From Octopus sinensis (taxonomy: Eukaryota), in NCBI RefSeq assembly GCF_006345805.1, contig NW_021833061.1, positions 68,289-132,288 on the forward strand: a DNA stretch of 64,000 nt. Reading direction: 5' to 3'. The translations under genes were made by a program, and so were the position numbers. How positions within the stretch are numbered: the first letter of the stretch is position 1; each line of letters opens with the position of its first letter. The notes under the pieces were generated by a model, which was not told where the DNA came from, searched no databases, and saw nothing but the letters and a program-made list of their open reading frames with translations. Below, piece after piece: positions 46,006 through 58,479 of this stretch.

Positions 46006-48932
46006 ATGAGCTGTGACTACAAAGTAATTTTATTAGTATTCAACAAAGTTCAAAAATCTATTGGGATGCGTCTATAGAAAAGGCAATATTCTTTTCTTCC
46101 CCCAAGGCAAAAAACTTGTGAGCCCAGTTGGCAACAAAGTGTCCGTTTTTGACCTCAAAAAGTAGTAAAAACATTAAACATTGCAGCAATAAAATCTCCA
46201 CGTTTGGTTTGGAATGTTCATTTAATATCACACGAATCTCAATTTCTCCCAAAGGAACTATTTTTGTGTTGGCTGACGAAGAGGGCACTGCCTACCTTTG
46301 TAGTTGGTCGGGTCGATGTGTTCTGAGGACTCACCGATTCCACTGTGCGGTGAGTGACATCGCCTTCAGTCCCGACGGAAAGTAAGTGCCCACAACATTC
46401 CAGTCAGTTTGCAGTCACCAAAGGAAACTATGTCCATGTCTTCTACTCGCCCGCAGTCGATAAACGATTTGAAGGGTTCTCTCTCAATCGAATAATCCAC
46501 GGGGCCAGCAGGGAAGTGACTTGTCTCCGATGGTCATGTGACTCCAAGTTTTTGAAACTACTAATTGATAGAGTCCTTGCATTCGGGAGCAGTGACACGG
46601 TCATTCGAGTATTCGCCCAGACAAGATTAGCCCAGTTAAATGCATATACTCTCAATGGACACACCAGCAGTATTCTCGCCATATTTTTCCGGAATGAGTC
46701 ATTGGATGTAATGATCAGTATTCTGATGACATAGTTGTATTCCGTCACTACAAATGGACAGGTTTACGTGTGGAAATGTCTCATTGGTCTCCACCAACTT
46801 GTAGAATTGGAAGACGAGCAAGAACACCCTGAACAAATGCCTAAGCTGTACGATGCTCCTGAAAGGTCTGTTGTTCTGGTCATTGACAGGCATTACTTGA
46901 GGACTGGAAGAATTGAAGGTGGCATTGTCGAGGTCTCGGCAGCAGTTTTTCACGAGTTGACGGGTCTTTTGGCCACGGGGTACTCCGACGGGTCGTTTTG
47001 CCTGCATGAAATGCCTGATATGACTCTTTTGCACTCATTTCAGTTGAATTGCCTGCTTTATTGTAGTATAAGCGAATCGTTCATATCCTCGTTGGCATTC
47101 GACAGGTCAGGAGAATGGATTTCTGTCTCGTCCAGCGACACGGGATTGTTGCTTGTGTGGGAGTGGAAGAGCGAGAGTTATGTCATGAAACAACAGAACA
47201 CCTACAACTCCTGTCGATCCATCGACTACTCCCCGGACGCACAGTTGCTTGTCATTGGCTCGGAGGATGCGAAGGTTGAGAGGATACATTATTGGGTAGA
47301 TCAGATTGTGCGATTCGCTTTCGGGCTTTTGCATTGCCACTTTTTCTGAGCACTGTGGAGTTGTCTCGGCTGTGAAGGTCAGTCGGAATGGGAAGATTGT
47401 GGTCTCTGCTTCCCTCGACGGGACTGTCCGTGCTTTCGACTTGAAGAGATATCGCAACTTTCGGACTTTCACGTCTCCTCGACCTGTCCAGTTCTCCTGT
47501 CTCGCACTCGACGATGGCTGTGACTTAGTGGCGGCTGGAGGGCAGAATGTATTTGACATATATGTCTGGGGTATTCGCAATGGTCGACTGCTCGAGGTTT
47601 CTCTTGTTCTTATTTTCCAGACATTGAGTGGGCATGAGGCTCCTGTCACATGTCTACACTTCTCCAACGTCGATTCCCTGCTTGTTAGTTGTTCTTGGGA
47701 CAGATCAATTAAGTTTTGGGATTTTTCCAACTCTTCGTCCGCTCGAGAGACGTTAAATACTAATTCTGATGGTTCTGGAATTCTGGTTACTTTTAGTCCT
47801 GGCAATGAATATGTCTCCCAATGGCACAGAACTGGCAGTGGCCACTCTGAATTGTCGGATAAGCATATGGGTGATTGAGACTGCTCGAATGGTCTCCTCG
47901 GTCGACTGTCTACCATACTTGGGATATACACGACGAGACGAGGATAAGATTACTGCAAAGACGTCGGGAAAGGCAAAGGCATTCACATCACTGGTCTACT
48001 CTCCTGACGGGAAGAGATTACTGGCTGGGGGACGTTCGAATCGAGTTTGCATGTTTTCCGTGGAGAATGGAATGATTCTGCGCACATTTTTTATTTCACT
48101 CAACCACTCTCTCGATTCCGTCGATGTAATTTCATATCTTCATTTTTCCAGGAATTTCTTGACAAGAGGAAAATGACCGAGTGGGGAAGTCTGGCCCTTG
48201 TGGATTCTGGGGGAGAAAAATTGCGTCTTCCTGGCACAAGATTTTCTAATCTGAGTTCGCGGGCTTGGAAACCAGAAGTGAGGGTGTCGGCTCTCTCATT
48301 TTCTCCTACAGGTTGTGTGGGTCATTTAGTGCAGGGAGGGAATGGGCTGTTGCTTCGACGGAAGGAGTCCTCATTTACTCTCTCGATCATATCTCCGGTT
48401 TCGATCCTTTTGAATTGGCTCTCGATGCCACTCCTTTGTCTGTAGAAGAGGCTAGTAATGATGGAAGACATGTGTATGCTCTCATGGCTGCGTTCAGATT
48501 GAATGACCATAATCTTATATCTTCTGTCATTGAACGAATACCGATATCATCAAGTTTGATTTGTCTTGCCAATGTTTCAGTCAGTCTAGTATGTGGGTCG
48601 CTCTCTGAGATGTACATTGATAAGCTATTATTGTTCCTTTCGGTTAGACTGACTCAGTCTACCTCCATACATTTTTATATGCTTTGGGTGGATGCCTTGT
48701 TAATGCGCCACGGACTGGATCTTAAACTTCGGTCTACGGAAATAAGCGCGTCTCTCGTGCATATTAACCAGGCGATCAGCAGCAGATACACTCCTATTAA
48801 GATTATGTACATTTGGTGCTTATTTTTAGGTCGCAAAATATAGTTCATTCTATTGATTTTCTAACTTCTTTGCCAAAACGAAATGTAATTCCAAATGTTG
48901 ATTCTGCTTGCTCTGATCTATTAAAATTTTGA
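46006..48932 (+). CDS. PWP2: Periodic tryptophan protein 2 (UTP1), WD40 SSU processome component
   Basis: MSCDYK|FKNLLGCVYRKGN...SPVGNKVSVFDL; WEWKSESYVMKQQ; SASLDGTVRAFDLKRYRNFRTFTSPRPVQF; LSGHEAPV; EFLDKRKMTEWG; WKPEVRV...FSPTG|REWAVASTEG. Confidence 0.95.
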
Positions 48933-49102
48933 TTTTGTTGATATATTTTTTATTTGGGTATTATATAGATAACACTGTTCTATTCTAGCTATTACATTTA
49001 TAAAAAGTATTCATTTACAATCTGAGCAAACCCTTTATAACATTCAGTGATTGGACCACACGTATTGTTAACCTGTCCAATCATTTGACTATCGATTAAA
49101 GT

Positions 49103-49500
49103 AGAGGTTTCCAAATAGTGAGACGCGCTTCCTTAGGGAGGTGGTGACTCGTGTCAAGAGAGGCGCTTTAACACTTTTAACACTTTTTATTGACCAAAAA
49201 CTTATCATAAATATTATTTTAGAAAATTAGATTTATATAAAAATCGTGATGAAGAATTTTTTAAAGAAAAATTGAAGAGTTCGATAACTAAATGAAAAGG
49301 TTAAAAAACTTGTTTCTGTCTTATTAAATGCTTTAGTAGCAACGTATAAAGTTTCTTACAAAATTGCAAAATGCAAGAGACCACATAATATCGGAAAACT
49401 CTATTTGCCAGCAGCTATTAATATGGTTTGTCAAATCTTATGGAAAACAATCACGGAAAATACCACTTGCTGATAATATGTGACATGGGCAACCGGTTAC
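49103..49500 (+). mobile_element. hAT/Buster 5' fragment
   Basis: TIR-like TAGAGGTTTCCAAA; ALVATYKVSYKIAKCKRPHNIG...LPAA. Confidence 0.65.
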
Positions 49501-49609
49501 ATTTTTTGCCCTTGTCGATGTCAAAATTAAATTCTTTGATATTTAAATTTTCTTATTTTAAACAATGATTAAAATATGGAAAATAATAAGGTCAAAAACA
49601 GAGCGGCCA

Positions 49610-50930
49610 AGCTCGATCTGCGATCACGACGGGGCAGGAGTTATACCCCACCCCAACGGATTGCTTGCGCGCTATTGCGCACGATTGCGAGCGAGATCCT
49701 CTGCCTCAGCCAAGAGGACTCGCGAGCATTCATTTTCTTCCGAGCAATAAGGATCTCCAGGTCTTTCATGAAGCATTAGGTAGCGGACCAGAAGCGCCTG
49801 ATGCAGTGATTCTTAAGTGAGGCCCCTAGGATTTAATTGAAGGGCTTATGTTTCTATAAATAATTTTATTTTTTCAAAACGGCAATCGAAATATTTGCAT
49901 CGGAATTTTGTTTGCCCGCTGTTTTCGATATTGCACACAAGTTACCTTTAAGTAACGATACTGTTACTCTTGTCTCAAAAAATTAATTTCTTTTATTTTT
50001 GTATGTAGATTTTATCAACTTCTTTCTGAAATTATTTTATTCACTGAAAATAAAGTGGAAAATGCATTATTGAAAGAGAATGGATGGGTAGCAGATTTAA
50101 CATTTTATGTGGATCTATCGGTAAATCTGTCTGCCCTAAATGTCGAACTACAGGGGAAAAATAAGCTAAATTACCAAATTTATGGATATATCAATGCCTT
50201 CGCTAAGAAATTAAGTTTATGGCGCGAATACCGAATAATGATTACAAACATTTTCCTTATTTGTCAGAAAACTCCGAAAGTGGCTCAACTGATAAATATT
50301 TAAAAATAATTGAAGATATAAATTCGCAATTTGATGCAAGATTTCAGGTTTTTAGTAGTTAATTTAAGGTGATAGAGTTCTAAAGAAGGCGCAAATTCAA
50401 TGAGATTATTTGCATCTCCATTAATTATGAAAAGTGAGGTTTCCGGCATTTACCAACTGGAATTGATTGATTTGCAAAATGATGTTGAACTGAAAAGTTT
50501 GTTCAGCAACATTTCAATAATTGACTTTTATTCGAGAATTCCTGAGAACCGATTTCCGAATCTAGTCTATAATGCAAAGAAAAATTTAGCAATGTTTAGA
50601 TCAACATATCTCTGCGAATCGACATTTAGTAAACTTGTCCGAATTAAAACTAAGTTTCGCAGCAGATTGACTGATAGTCATCTGAGTGATTTGTTACATA
50701 CTTCAACTAGTAAAATTAAACCTAATTTTGATTATTTAGTTAATAAATAATTGTTAAAAATTATTTGCGGCCCCTGTAATTTTGTTTTTAGATTTGCGGC
50801 CCCTGAGTAAAGAAGCTTGAGAATCACTGGCTTGATGTCTCAAAAGCCAGAGCCACGAAGGAATGCCGAGTGGCAAGATTCTTGTACTTTTCAACCTGAA
50901 CCGCGGCCTCGCAACCGTTGGCGACTCCCT
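49610..50930 (-). mobile_element. CRE-clade 3' fragment split by a hAT insertion
   Basis: EKYKNLATRHSFVALAFETS|GASG...MKDLEILI...RESSWLRQRISLAIVRNSAQAI once the hAT is removed. Confidence 0.75.
49804..50829 (+). mobile_element. Non-autonomous hAT (GTF2IRD2/SPIN-like) with a transposase C-terminal remnant
   Basis: TIRs CAGTGATTCTTAAG and (reverse complement) CAGTGATTCTCAAG; TSD GCCTGATG / GCTTGATG; W..DLTFYVD...LNVELQGK; MFRSTYLCESTFS...K..FRSRLTD. Confidence 0.88.
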
Positions 50931-50999
50931 TTTTTTAGATAGATACAATTTTTGATAGGATTGACATCTTTTTTAGATACAATTTTTGATATGTCAGGC

Positions 51000-52450
51000 T
51001 GAGTTATTCATGTAGTTCCGACTTTTATTAAAAAGGATAAATGTCCATCAGTTAGTCTTGTTCTTTAAGCAGTTTTTGTCAATTTCATTAATGAAAAAAG
51101 CTGTTCACTATGTCGAACCAAACATAGCAATGATTTTTGTTGCAAACTTTTAAAAGTTTTTAAACTTTCCAGGAAGATATGAAAGAAAGCAGGTATTTCA
51201 ACCTCCAAATATTTAGCTTTAAGTATAGAATCTAATTGGATTTCCAATAGTTCCATTTGTAAACTTTCATCTGCATTGGAAACATTAAAAGAAAATAATG
51301 ATGCAAATAATGAAAATTGTTGTTCAAAAAACAAAAAATCATTAAATCTCTCTTAAAATTCCTTTAACAACGATTCTGGTTGTCTTTCATAGGGAGAAAA
51401 ATTCATTAAATTATTTGCATCAACAGTAATCCTGAGCTCTTTGCACGTAGGAAAATGAAATAAATCTTCATTTAATAGCTGAAACTTCCATGATTTTATT
51501 TTCGAAGTAAAAAACTTGATATGCTGACAACTGAGTTATGAGCTTGTCTTTCCCCTGCAATTCTAAATTAAGGTCGTTCATATGTGTGGTAATATCCACT
51601 ACAAATGCCAAATATTTGATCCAGGATTGACTTTTTATTTCGTATGTGTTTTGCCCTTTCATCTCCATAAATAAAATTATTTCCGATCTCAACAAATAAA
51701 ATCTTTTAACAACTTTGTGAAGTGATAACCAGCGGACTGGAGTATAAAAAGGAATGTCGCTGAACTGATTATTAAACTGCCGGTGGTTTACTAAACTGCC
51801 GGTGTTTGAGGGGATGACCTCTGATATAGTTTACTGTTTTCGTGACCAAACTAATGGTATTTTCCATTTTTAATATCTTTTAGCACAAATATTGCTGATG
51901 AATAATACAATGAAAATAAGCAAATGATGACCCGGGATTTACCTTTTGTAAGAAAGATTGCTAATTGTGCAATTCCAACAACGTCGGCTGCTTCATCAAA
52001 TGCAATTGAAAAATATTCGAATTTTAACAAATCAGACTTTTATTGGTGTTTCAAACTCAATGCCATTTCATTAATGTGTTCGGCAACAGTATTTCTTGTT
52101 AATGAAATATCTTTAAACAAGTGGGCGTCGTCTGGACAAATAATATTCGCTGTTTTTACAAGGCATTGCTTGATGGAATCACCATCACAATATGATTTTC
52201 CATTTACTGCAAGCATTCTGCTGATTTCATAGCTTGGAGTGACTAATGCAGTACTTCGATTATGATTTTTTGTGAAGTTTCTTTTTTATTCCAGAAGGAG
52301 CACGTGACATTGACAAACACGATTTAAAAATACAATTAAAAATTTTAATTAAATGTGAAAAAATAAAAAATAATTTTTTGTATTTTATAGCCATTAAATC
52401 AGACCGCACTTATGTTTGGTAAAGTACGCAGAGGGCCGCATGTTTGACAA
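51000..52450 (-). mobile_element. Decayed hAT (GTF2IRD2-like) transposase with subterminal remnant
   Basis: LTPVQWLSL; YLAFVVDITTHMNDLNLELQGK; EQLFSLMKLTK; GAGGGCCGCATGTTTGAC subterminal motif near 52430. Confidence 0.75.
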
Positions 52451-52649
52451 AAAAATTCAAATTTTCGGCTTCCATATCAGTTTTTTTTCCATTCAACAAA
52501 TAATTCAGCACAGAAACAACAAAAGACTTAAATGAATTTACCAAGGGGACATCAAGTCAATTTCCAATGCCAAATTAGGTGTCTCATCGCACATTTCAGT
52601 AAACAGTAACTTGATTGATATGAACAATATTCACATTCCTTCTGTCCTC

Positions 52650-55600
52650 ACTAAAAAGGTGTCAAACTTATCTGATACTCAGGTCGTCGGTAAAGGCATG
52701 GTTCTTTACAAAATTGACAATCCAGAGAGAGAGTTCCAAGTTCTTAGAGATTTCAGAAATCGTCGGCTAGGCCGTGATTCAATTTCTCACTGACATTGGT
52801 AGGAGAAGCTTCTCGAAAATATAAATAAAATTTATATTTATTAAAATTAAAATCATTACACAAATGGTTAACCTATTTTTAAAGGTAAGCCTAATAAATT
52901 TTAACACGTTGATACATGTAGTTGACTTAGTTTGTTGGTATTTTATGTTTACTTTTCAATTAGTATTGTTGTTGTGGTGTGTGCATGTACGTTTCCAAGC
53001 AGTTAAGGAAAACGAAACCTACGGGCCTTCCTGCAAATAAAAAGAACTTAAAAAAGACAGGACCGTCGCCTATGGGACCTCACAATGCCACAAGAGCTAA
53101 TGGTGTTAAAGAAGATCTTGTTGGTGATGCTGCCAAAACTAACTTGCATTCTCTTTCTGCGATCATCGGAAATGTCAATGGTGTCTCTGAAGGCGAATGG
53201 GTGTCTCAGATTGCCCTTGCCGCGAAGCAAAGACTTGGAAGGATGCCAAGAGGTGGTTGGAACCTTGTCCTGGAGAAGTTCAATGAGAAGTACTCGGCAA
53301 AGTGCTCCAGTTTATGCCAACTAAAGAGCATGGCTAGACGGAATAACAATGTGCAAGGGAGATGCGACTCTTCCAGAGTGCAAGATGATGTGGACGTAGA
53401 AATTTCCAGTTTCAGAAAGAATTGCCTAGAGGAACTCAAATTCCAAATTGGGAAAGTTCAGTCTATTCAGAGAGACTCTCGAAAGCCAACTCCAAAGGTG
53501 CAACGAAGGATGGTAAAAACTGATATCCTGGCTGGATTAAATTCTGCAATTTATCATATTACAAAAGATGATCCGCCCCAAGATATTAATCAAATTACCG
53601 ATATTCTATATGCTGCACAGTGTGCTTATTTGGCCTTAACTACGAAAGCCAGACCACAGAGCACATGGTTGGAAAACACGGAAAGAAAAATCTCTAAATT
53701 AGCAGATGAAATTGACACAGTTCGTTCCTTCTCCAAACAAACCTTGCCTCAGGCAGAAAAGCAAAAGGCAATGGATGTTCTCTGCCGCTACGGATATAAG
53801 AAGTCTAAGAAGGGGGAGCTAACCAGAATTGAGACTCTATTGAATGATCTAATTAGAATCAAAAAGAAACAGATATCTATCCATTCCTCGAGGAAAAATT
53901 TCCGGAAAGACAATGCGTGTTTTGAATTAAACCGCAGAAGATTTTATCGAAACTTATCTTCGAGCAACGAAGCCACCCTGTATGGGTTTGGTGATGGTGA
54001 GTGCTTATCATTTTGGGAAGATGTCTGGAGCAAGAAAAATATGGGGCCCGTAGTTTATGATTTTGTGGGTGTGAGGTGTACTGGCGGTGAAACCATGCGA
54101 CCTCAATTCACAAGTGATTTTATTATGGATATGCTCAAATATGCACCTGACTGGAAGGCATGCGGATGCGACGGAACGTATAACTTTTTCTTAAAGAAGA
54201 TGGATTCTTTGCATGGGTTTCTGTGTAAAGAGATAGTCCGAATAATTAATGGAGAGTACACGCCTGATAGCTGGTTTTACACTGGCGTAACTTACTTGAT
54301 CCTAAAAAAAGTGAGTGTGAGACCCCGAAGGACTTACGCCCTATAACGTGTATGCCAACTTTGTATAAACTTGTCACCAAATGTGTTAATGCCAAACTGG
54401 CCGATTTCATCGAGGCATTTGGCTTAATCTCAGATAATCAGCTTGGGACGAGGAAGCAATGTCAAGGCGCCAAAGAGCAAGCCCTCATTAACCAATGCTT
54501 AAATAAGGAGTATGGAAATGGCCTCTATTCTGCTTGGGTCGATGTGAAGAAGGCATTTGACTCAGTTGATCACGAGTTCTTGTTCCACGTATTGGATTGC
54601 TCTGGAATACCACATTGGATTGTCAGCTTTGTAAAGAACATAGTCAAGAAGTGGACAGTAAACTTACATATCGATGGGAAAAGAATTGGGAAAGTAAAGT
54701 TAAGCCGGGGAATACTCCAAGGAGATTCATTGTCCCCGCTGCTATTCGTTATGGCGATGGATCCCCTAAGCAGGATGCTTAACTCCATGTTTCCCAAACT
54801 CGAAATTAGTCGGGAAGATCCCAATATGTTGACATACTCCACCAATCATTTCTTCTTTATTGACGATCTGAAAATAGTTGCCCTCAAAGAAGATGTGTTA
54901 GTCAAAATGATGGAGGCTGTTAATGGATTTTTTGAAAGTGTCGGCCTAGAGATGAATTCCGAAAAATCAGCATCTAATGTGGAATCTTTATCATGCTGTG
55001 AGACTGTCGATGGAATCAACGGATATCGCTACTTGGGTGTACTTGAAGATGGCGGAAGTAATGTTCTCAAGAATAAAGTTATGGACTCCATATTGGAGAA
55101 TGTCAAGAAGAGGATAACTATGTTGTCAAAAACAAACCTGAATGCTGTAAATTTGTTTCGTGGAATCAATGAATATGCATTATCCCTATATAATTATTAT
55201 ATTGGGCTAATCAATATTGAACCTTACGAATTTGATGAGATTGACCAACAAATACGCCGATTACTTACGACTCTCAAGTTACACCTCCAGCCTGCAAATA
55301 AGGAGAGGTTGTATTTGGACCGCAAGACCCTTGGAAGAGGACTTGCCTCAATTCTTTCAAAAGCGAATTAATGCTCTTCCAGTTTCTTAAAAGTTGGAAA
55401 AACAGTCGACTACCTGTCTGCGGAGGTCGGGTATTCTGCGAGTAATAAAAGGAAAAAAATGGCACTTAGCCACAATCGCAGAATTTCTTGTCTCCAAATA
55501 TGCAGCTGTCGGCAGGGAAAATCTGACCATTGAGTTACTGAAGGACGCACAAAGGAAACTCTTGCTTAACCGAATTAACAGTAAATCACTACACTCGGTG

Positions 55601-56900
55601 ATGTTCAAATGTATGGAGGAATCAGATGTCGACATATCTACTTCTTCGCAATGGCTATCGAAAGGGAACAATGGTCCACGAAGCGAAGCATTGTACTGTC
55701 TTTTGCAAGATAGGAATTTGTTCTTTGCATACACGGGATCACTATGCGTCCACTGCAAAAAAAGCAGGCAGACTGTTGACCATCTAGCCACGCGGTGTGG
55801 TAGGATGCTAAACAGTGATTATCTCCGAAGACACAACGAAGTGGTAAAGTGTATTCATCTCCACTTGTGTCGAATGTATGGAATAAAACGAAGCAGGAAA
55901 TTGAAAGGACATTCAGTCGTGTCAACAATGTCGACCCAAAATGTCGAAATCAGAGTTGACACTTCAATTATGACTGAAACAAAGGTTCAATTCAATAAAC
56001 CTGATATCTTCGTTTATGACAAGAGGAAAAGAGAAATTCATTTAATCGAAGTGGGAGTTACCTCGCAAGACCGTTTAAAGCAAGTTGAAGTGGAGAAATT
56101 TCACAAATATGACCTGCTTGCAAACGAACTGTCGGTTCTCTATGAAGCAAAAGTGAAGATTATTCCAATTGTCTTGACATGGGATGGAGTTGTCTCAAAG
56201 TTCTTTAAAAGTCATATGGACAAGTTATCCATTGAAGAAGGAACGAGGACATACATCCAGTCGGTTGTGCTGAAGAGGACTCTAGAGAGTATGCTTATTG
56301 AACACAGACATGGGATGAAGGTAGACAACGAGGAGTACGCCTCTGCCGCCAATCAACTTGAGGACACTCAGTTGAACAATTACTTTGACGCAGAAATGGA
56401 AAATGATGAGAATTTTGTTGCAAACTCTTCTTTCAAGCGAAGAAGAGAAATCACTGACGATCTGGATTCTTAAATAATTTAAGATAGAATTTACATAATT
56501 ATTTTTATTAACATTTTTTCAGTTTACTTTTCTACATTTTTAATTTAATTCGATTTGTAAGAATAAATCTTTATGAACGTCATTTCTGATTACGCATTTG
56601 AAATTTTTCATTTCATCATTTTTTGATTTTATTCCTTCACAAAAGTCAATCTCTTATTATTTTGACATTTTTATAATGATTTTTTTTATATCTTTTTGAA
56701 CTTTTTTACTCCATCTTTATTCTGATTTATCTATTAACAAGAAATCTATTAAAAATAACGAGGAATACAAAAAGAATCAAATAAAACTAAAATCAATCAA
56801 TAGCAGACATCCAGAAAAATTAAGTCTTTGATTTGTCTTTTTTTGGCGTCTCTACTTTCTGGCTATATCGTGATCAACGAAAATGACTAAAAATGCTTGT
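52650..56900. repeat. Copy A of an unclassified repeat of about 1 kb, interrupted by the R4-like element
   Basis: Blocks shared with 59160-62035, e.g. cactaaaaaggtgtcaaact, ggccgtgatt...gacattggtagga, aacctatttttaaaggtaagcct, ttattctgatttatctattaaca, ctggctatatcgt. Confidence 0.8.
52958..56521 (+). mobile_element. Full-length R4/Dong-like RLE retrotransposon, copy 2 (near-intact, about three 1-nt deletions)
   Basis: ORFs 52979-54346, 54352-55371 and 55394-56473 join into Myb-like N-terminus, RT, CCHC and PD-(D/E)xK domains; TSD GTTTACTTTTC at 52947-52957 and 56522-56532. Confidence 0.93.
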
Positions 56901-56959
56901 TGTCGAGGAAGCACACAACCTTGATTGATTTGTCTCTCGTATTTTTTTAGTGTACTCCA

Positions 56960-57862
56960 GATGTAAATAACACTGGGTGTATTTTATATCGATGATATAT
57001 TAATTCGTGTATTAGCTTCACATCTCCTTATCAATACTCCGAGGTAACTGCCAATAATTATACAAAAATACTGTGCGAATATCCACTGAAATGCCAAGTT
57101 TTGTCCAGATCCCATTGTCGTGGAGCAATTTGTATAGTCTACCACGGTAAAGGAATCAATTTTAATTGTATAGATTCTACCGTTGAAAACACATACAAGA
57201 ACCACGGCCTAAAAATATCAAAAAAATAAAATATACCGACAATAGAATTGGACATTTTTCGTTCGGGGAGGTTTCTGAGAACGATGTCAGTGAGGGCACG
57301 GGATGATGCCAGGGACGAGAGGAAGGCAGGAAGACCCAGATAAACGGGCGAACGAAGGCCAATCCCCCCGAGATTAACAGGCAGGGAAGATTGAAGCCAC
57401 CCCAGAGCGTCGAAATGGATGTTGCACAGATACTCGGCTCCAGACTTCAAGATAGAATCGATATCGGATAACAGATTAGGCATGCGAAAACAAGAACTCC
57501 TTAGGTTGTACAAAAGCCTCGGAGTTGAGAAATAGTTACGCAGAAGAAAGAACCCGACTTAATCAGAAAAATACAAATAATTAAGACGACATGCTTCGAA
57601 CAATTTCTCATAAACGTGCATGTTCCCCGTGAACCCAATAATTGAGTTGTTCGTAATTTGAAATATTTTCTTTGTCTTGTCATTATCTAATTTGTTAGTT
57701 CAACAATTTATTACAGTTTTCGTTGGGAGTATTCGCATTTTGGGTTGCTCTGCTATCTGCAGCAAGAACAACCCCTCCAAGATAGGGTATGGTCACCACC
57801 GTTGTCATACTTATATGATTCTAAGACGAAATTAGAAAATTCAAAGCTACCATTCGAAACAT
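56960..57862 (-). pseudogene. Divergent 20S proteasome beta-type (Ntn) subunit gene disrupted by a CRE fragment
   Basis: MFRM|NHISM-TTVVTIPYLGGVVLAADSRATQNANTPNEN|YNDKTKKIFQITNNSIIGFTG...[CRE]...|AVVLVCVFNGRIYTI...TTMGSGQNLA; introns 57821-57850, 57687-57714, 57209-57236. Confidence 0.7.
57252..57560 (-). mobile_element. CRE-clade internal fragment
   Basis: FLLRNYFSTPRLLYNLRSS...WLQSSLPVNLGGIGLRSPVYLGLPAFLSS. Confidence 0.82.
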
Positions 57863-58309
57863 TTTTATCAATTTAACGCGTTGGTATATTCATAAATATC
57901 ACTTTAATCGCGACGTAGAATTATAACTACAACATCAAAGACGGTAGAGTATGAAATTGTAGTATGGTTTTAAGAAAGAAAAATTTATTCTCGCAAAATG
58001 GAGTTAGGTTGATTTTTAATTTAAATTTTGTGCATATAAAATTTTTATTGATTATTCAGTTACTCGTTAAATTCAGTTAATCGCCATCTTTTGCCTTGGT
58101 CAAAAATTTGGCAAGTAAACGGGGTTTGACTTTATTTATATTCTAAGATTTTAAATTTTTCGCAAATGTATGAAAAATAGATTATTCCTTACTCAAAATA
58201 ATGCCACAAAAATAAAAATTTAATGATATGAAATTAAAAATGACAAACATAAAGTGATTAGTTTGTCTATCTAGGCAAAAGCTTAGAAATTTTTATTATC
58301 AAATAAGCC

Positions 58310-58450
58310 ATTAACCTTATCAGGAGAGCTTTTGGAAGTCCTCGGAATCTCCTTCATAGTTGAACCTACTGGGATCGATTGGGGAGATAGGAAAAAACAG
58401 GACTGTATCACTGTGTTTTCTTTCAAGAGAGGAAACACATTTATTGTAAA
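58310..58450 (+). mobile_element. Decayed CRE-clade endonuclease fragment
   Basis: GIDWGDRKKQDCITVFSFKRGN resembles the G.R.DG.T..P.R.G motif at 61030-61090. Confidence 0.5.
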
Positions 58451-58479
58451 CCACCCCTAAATAAATCGCCACAATTTCT

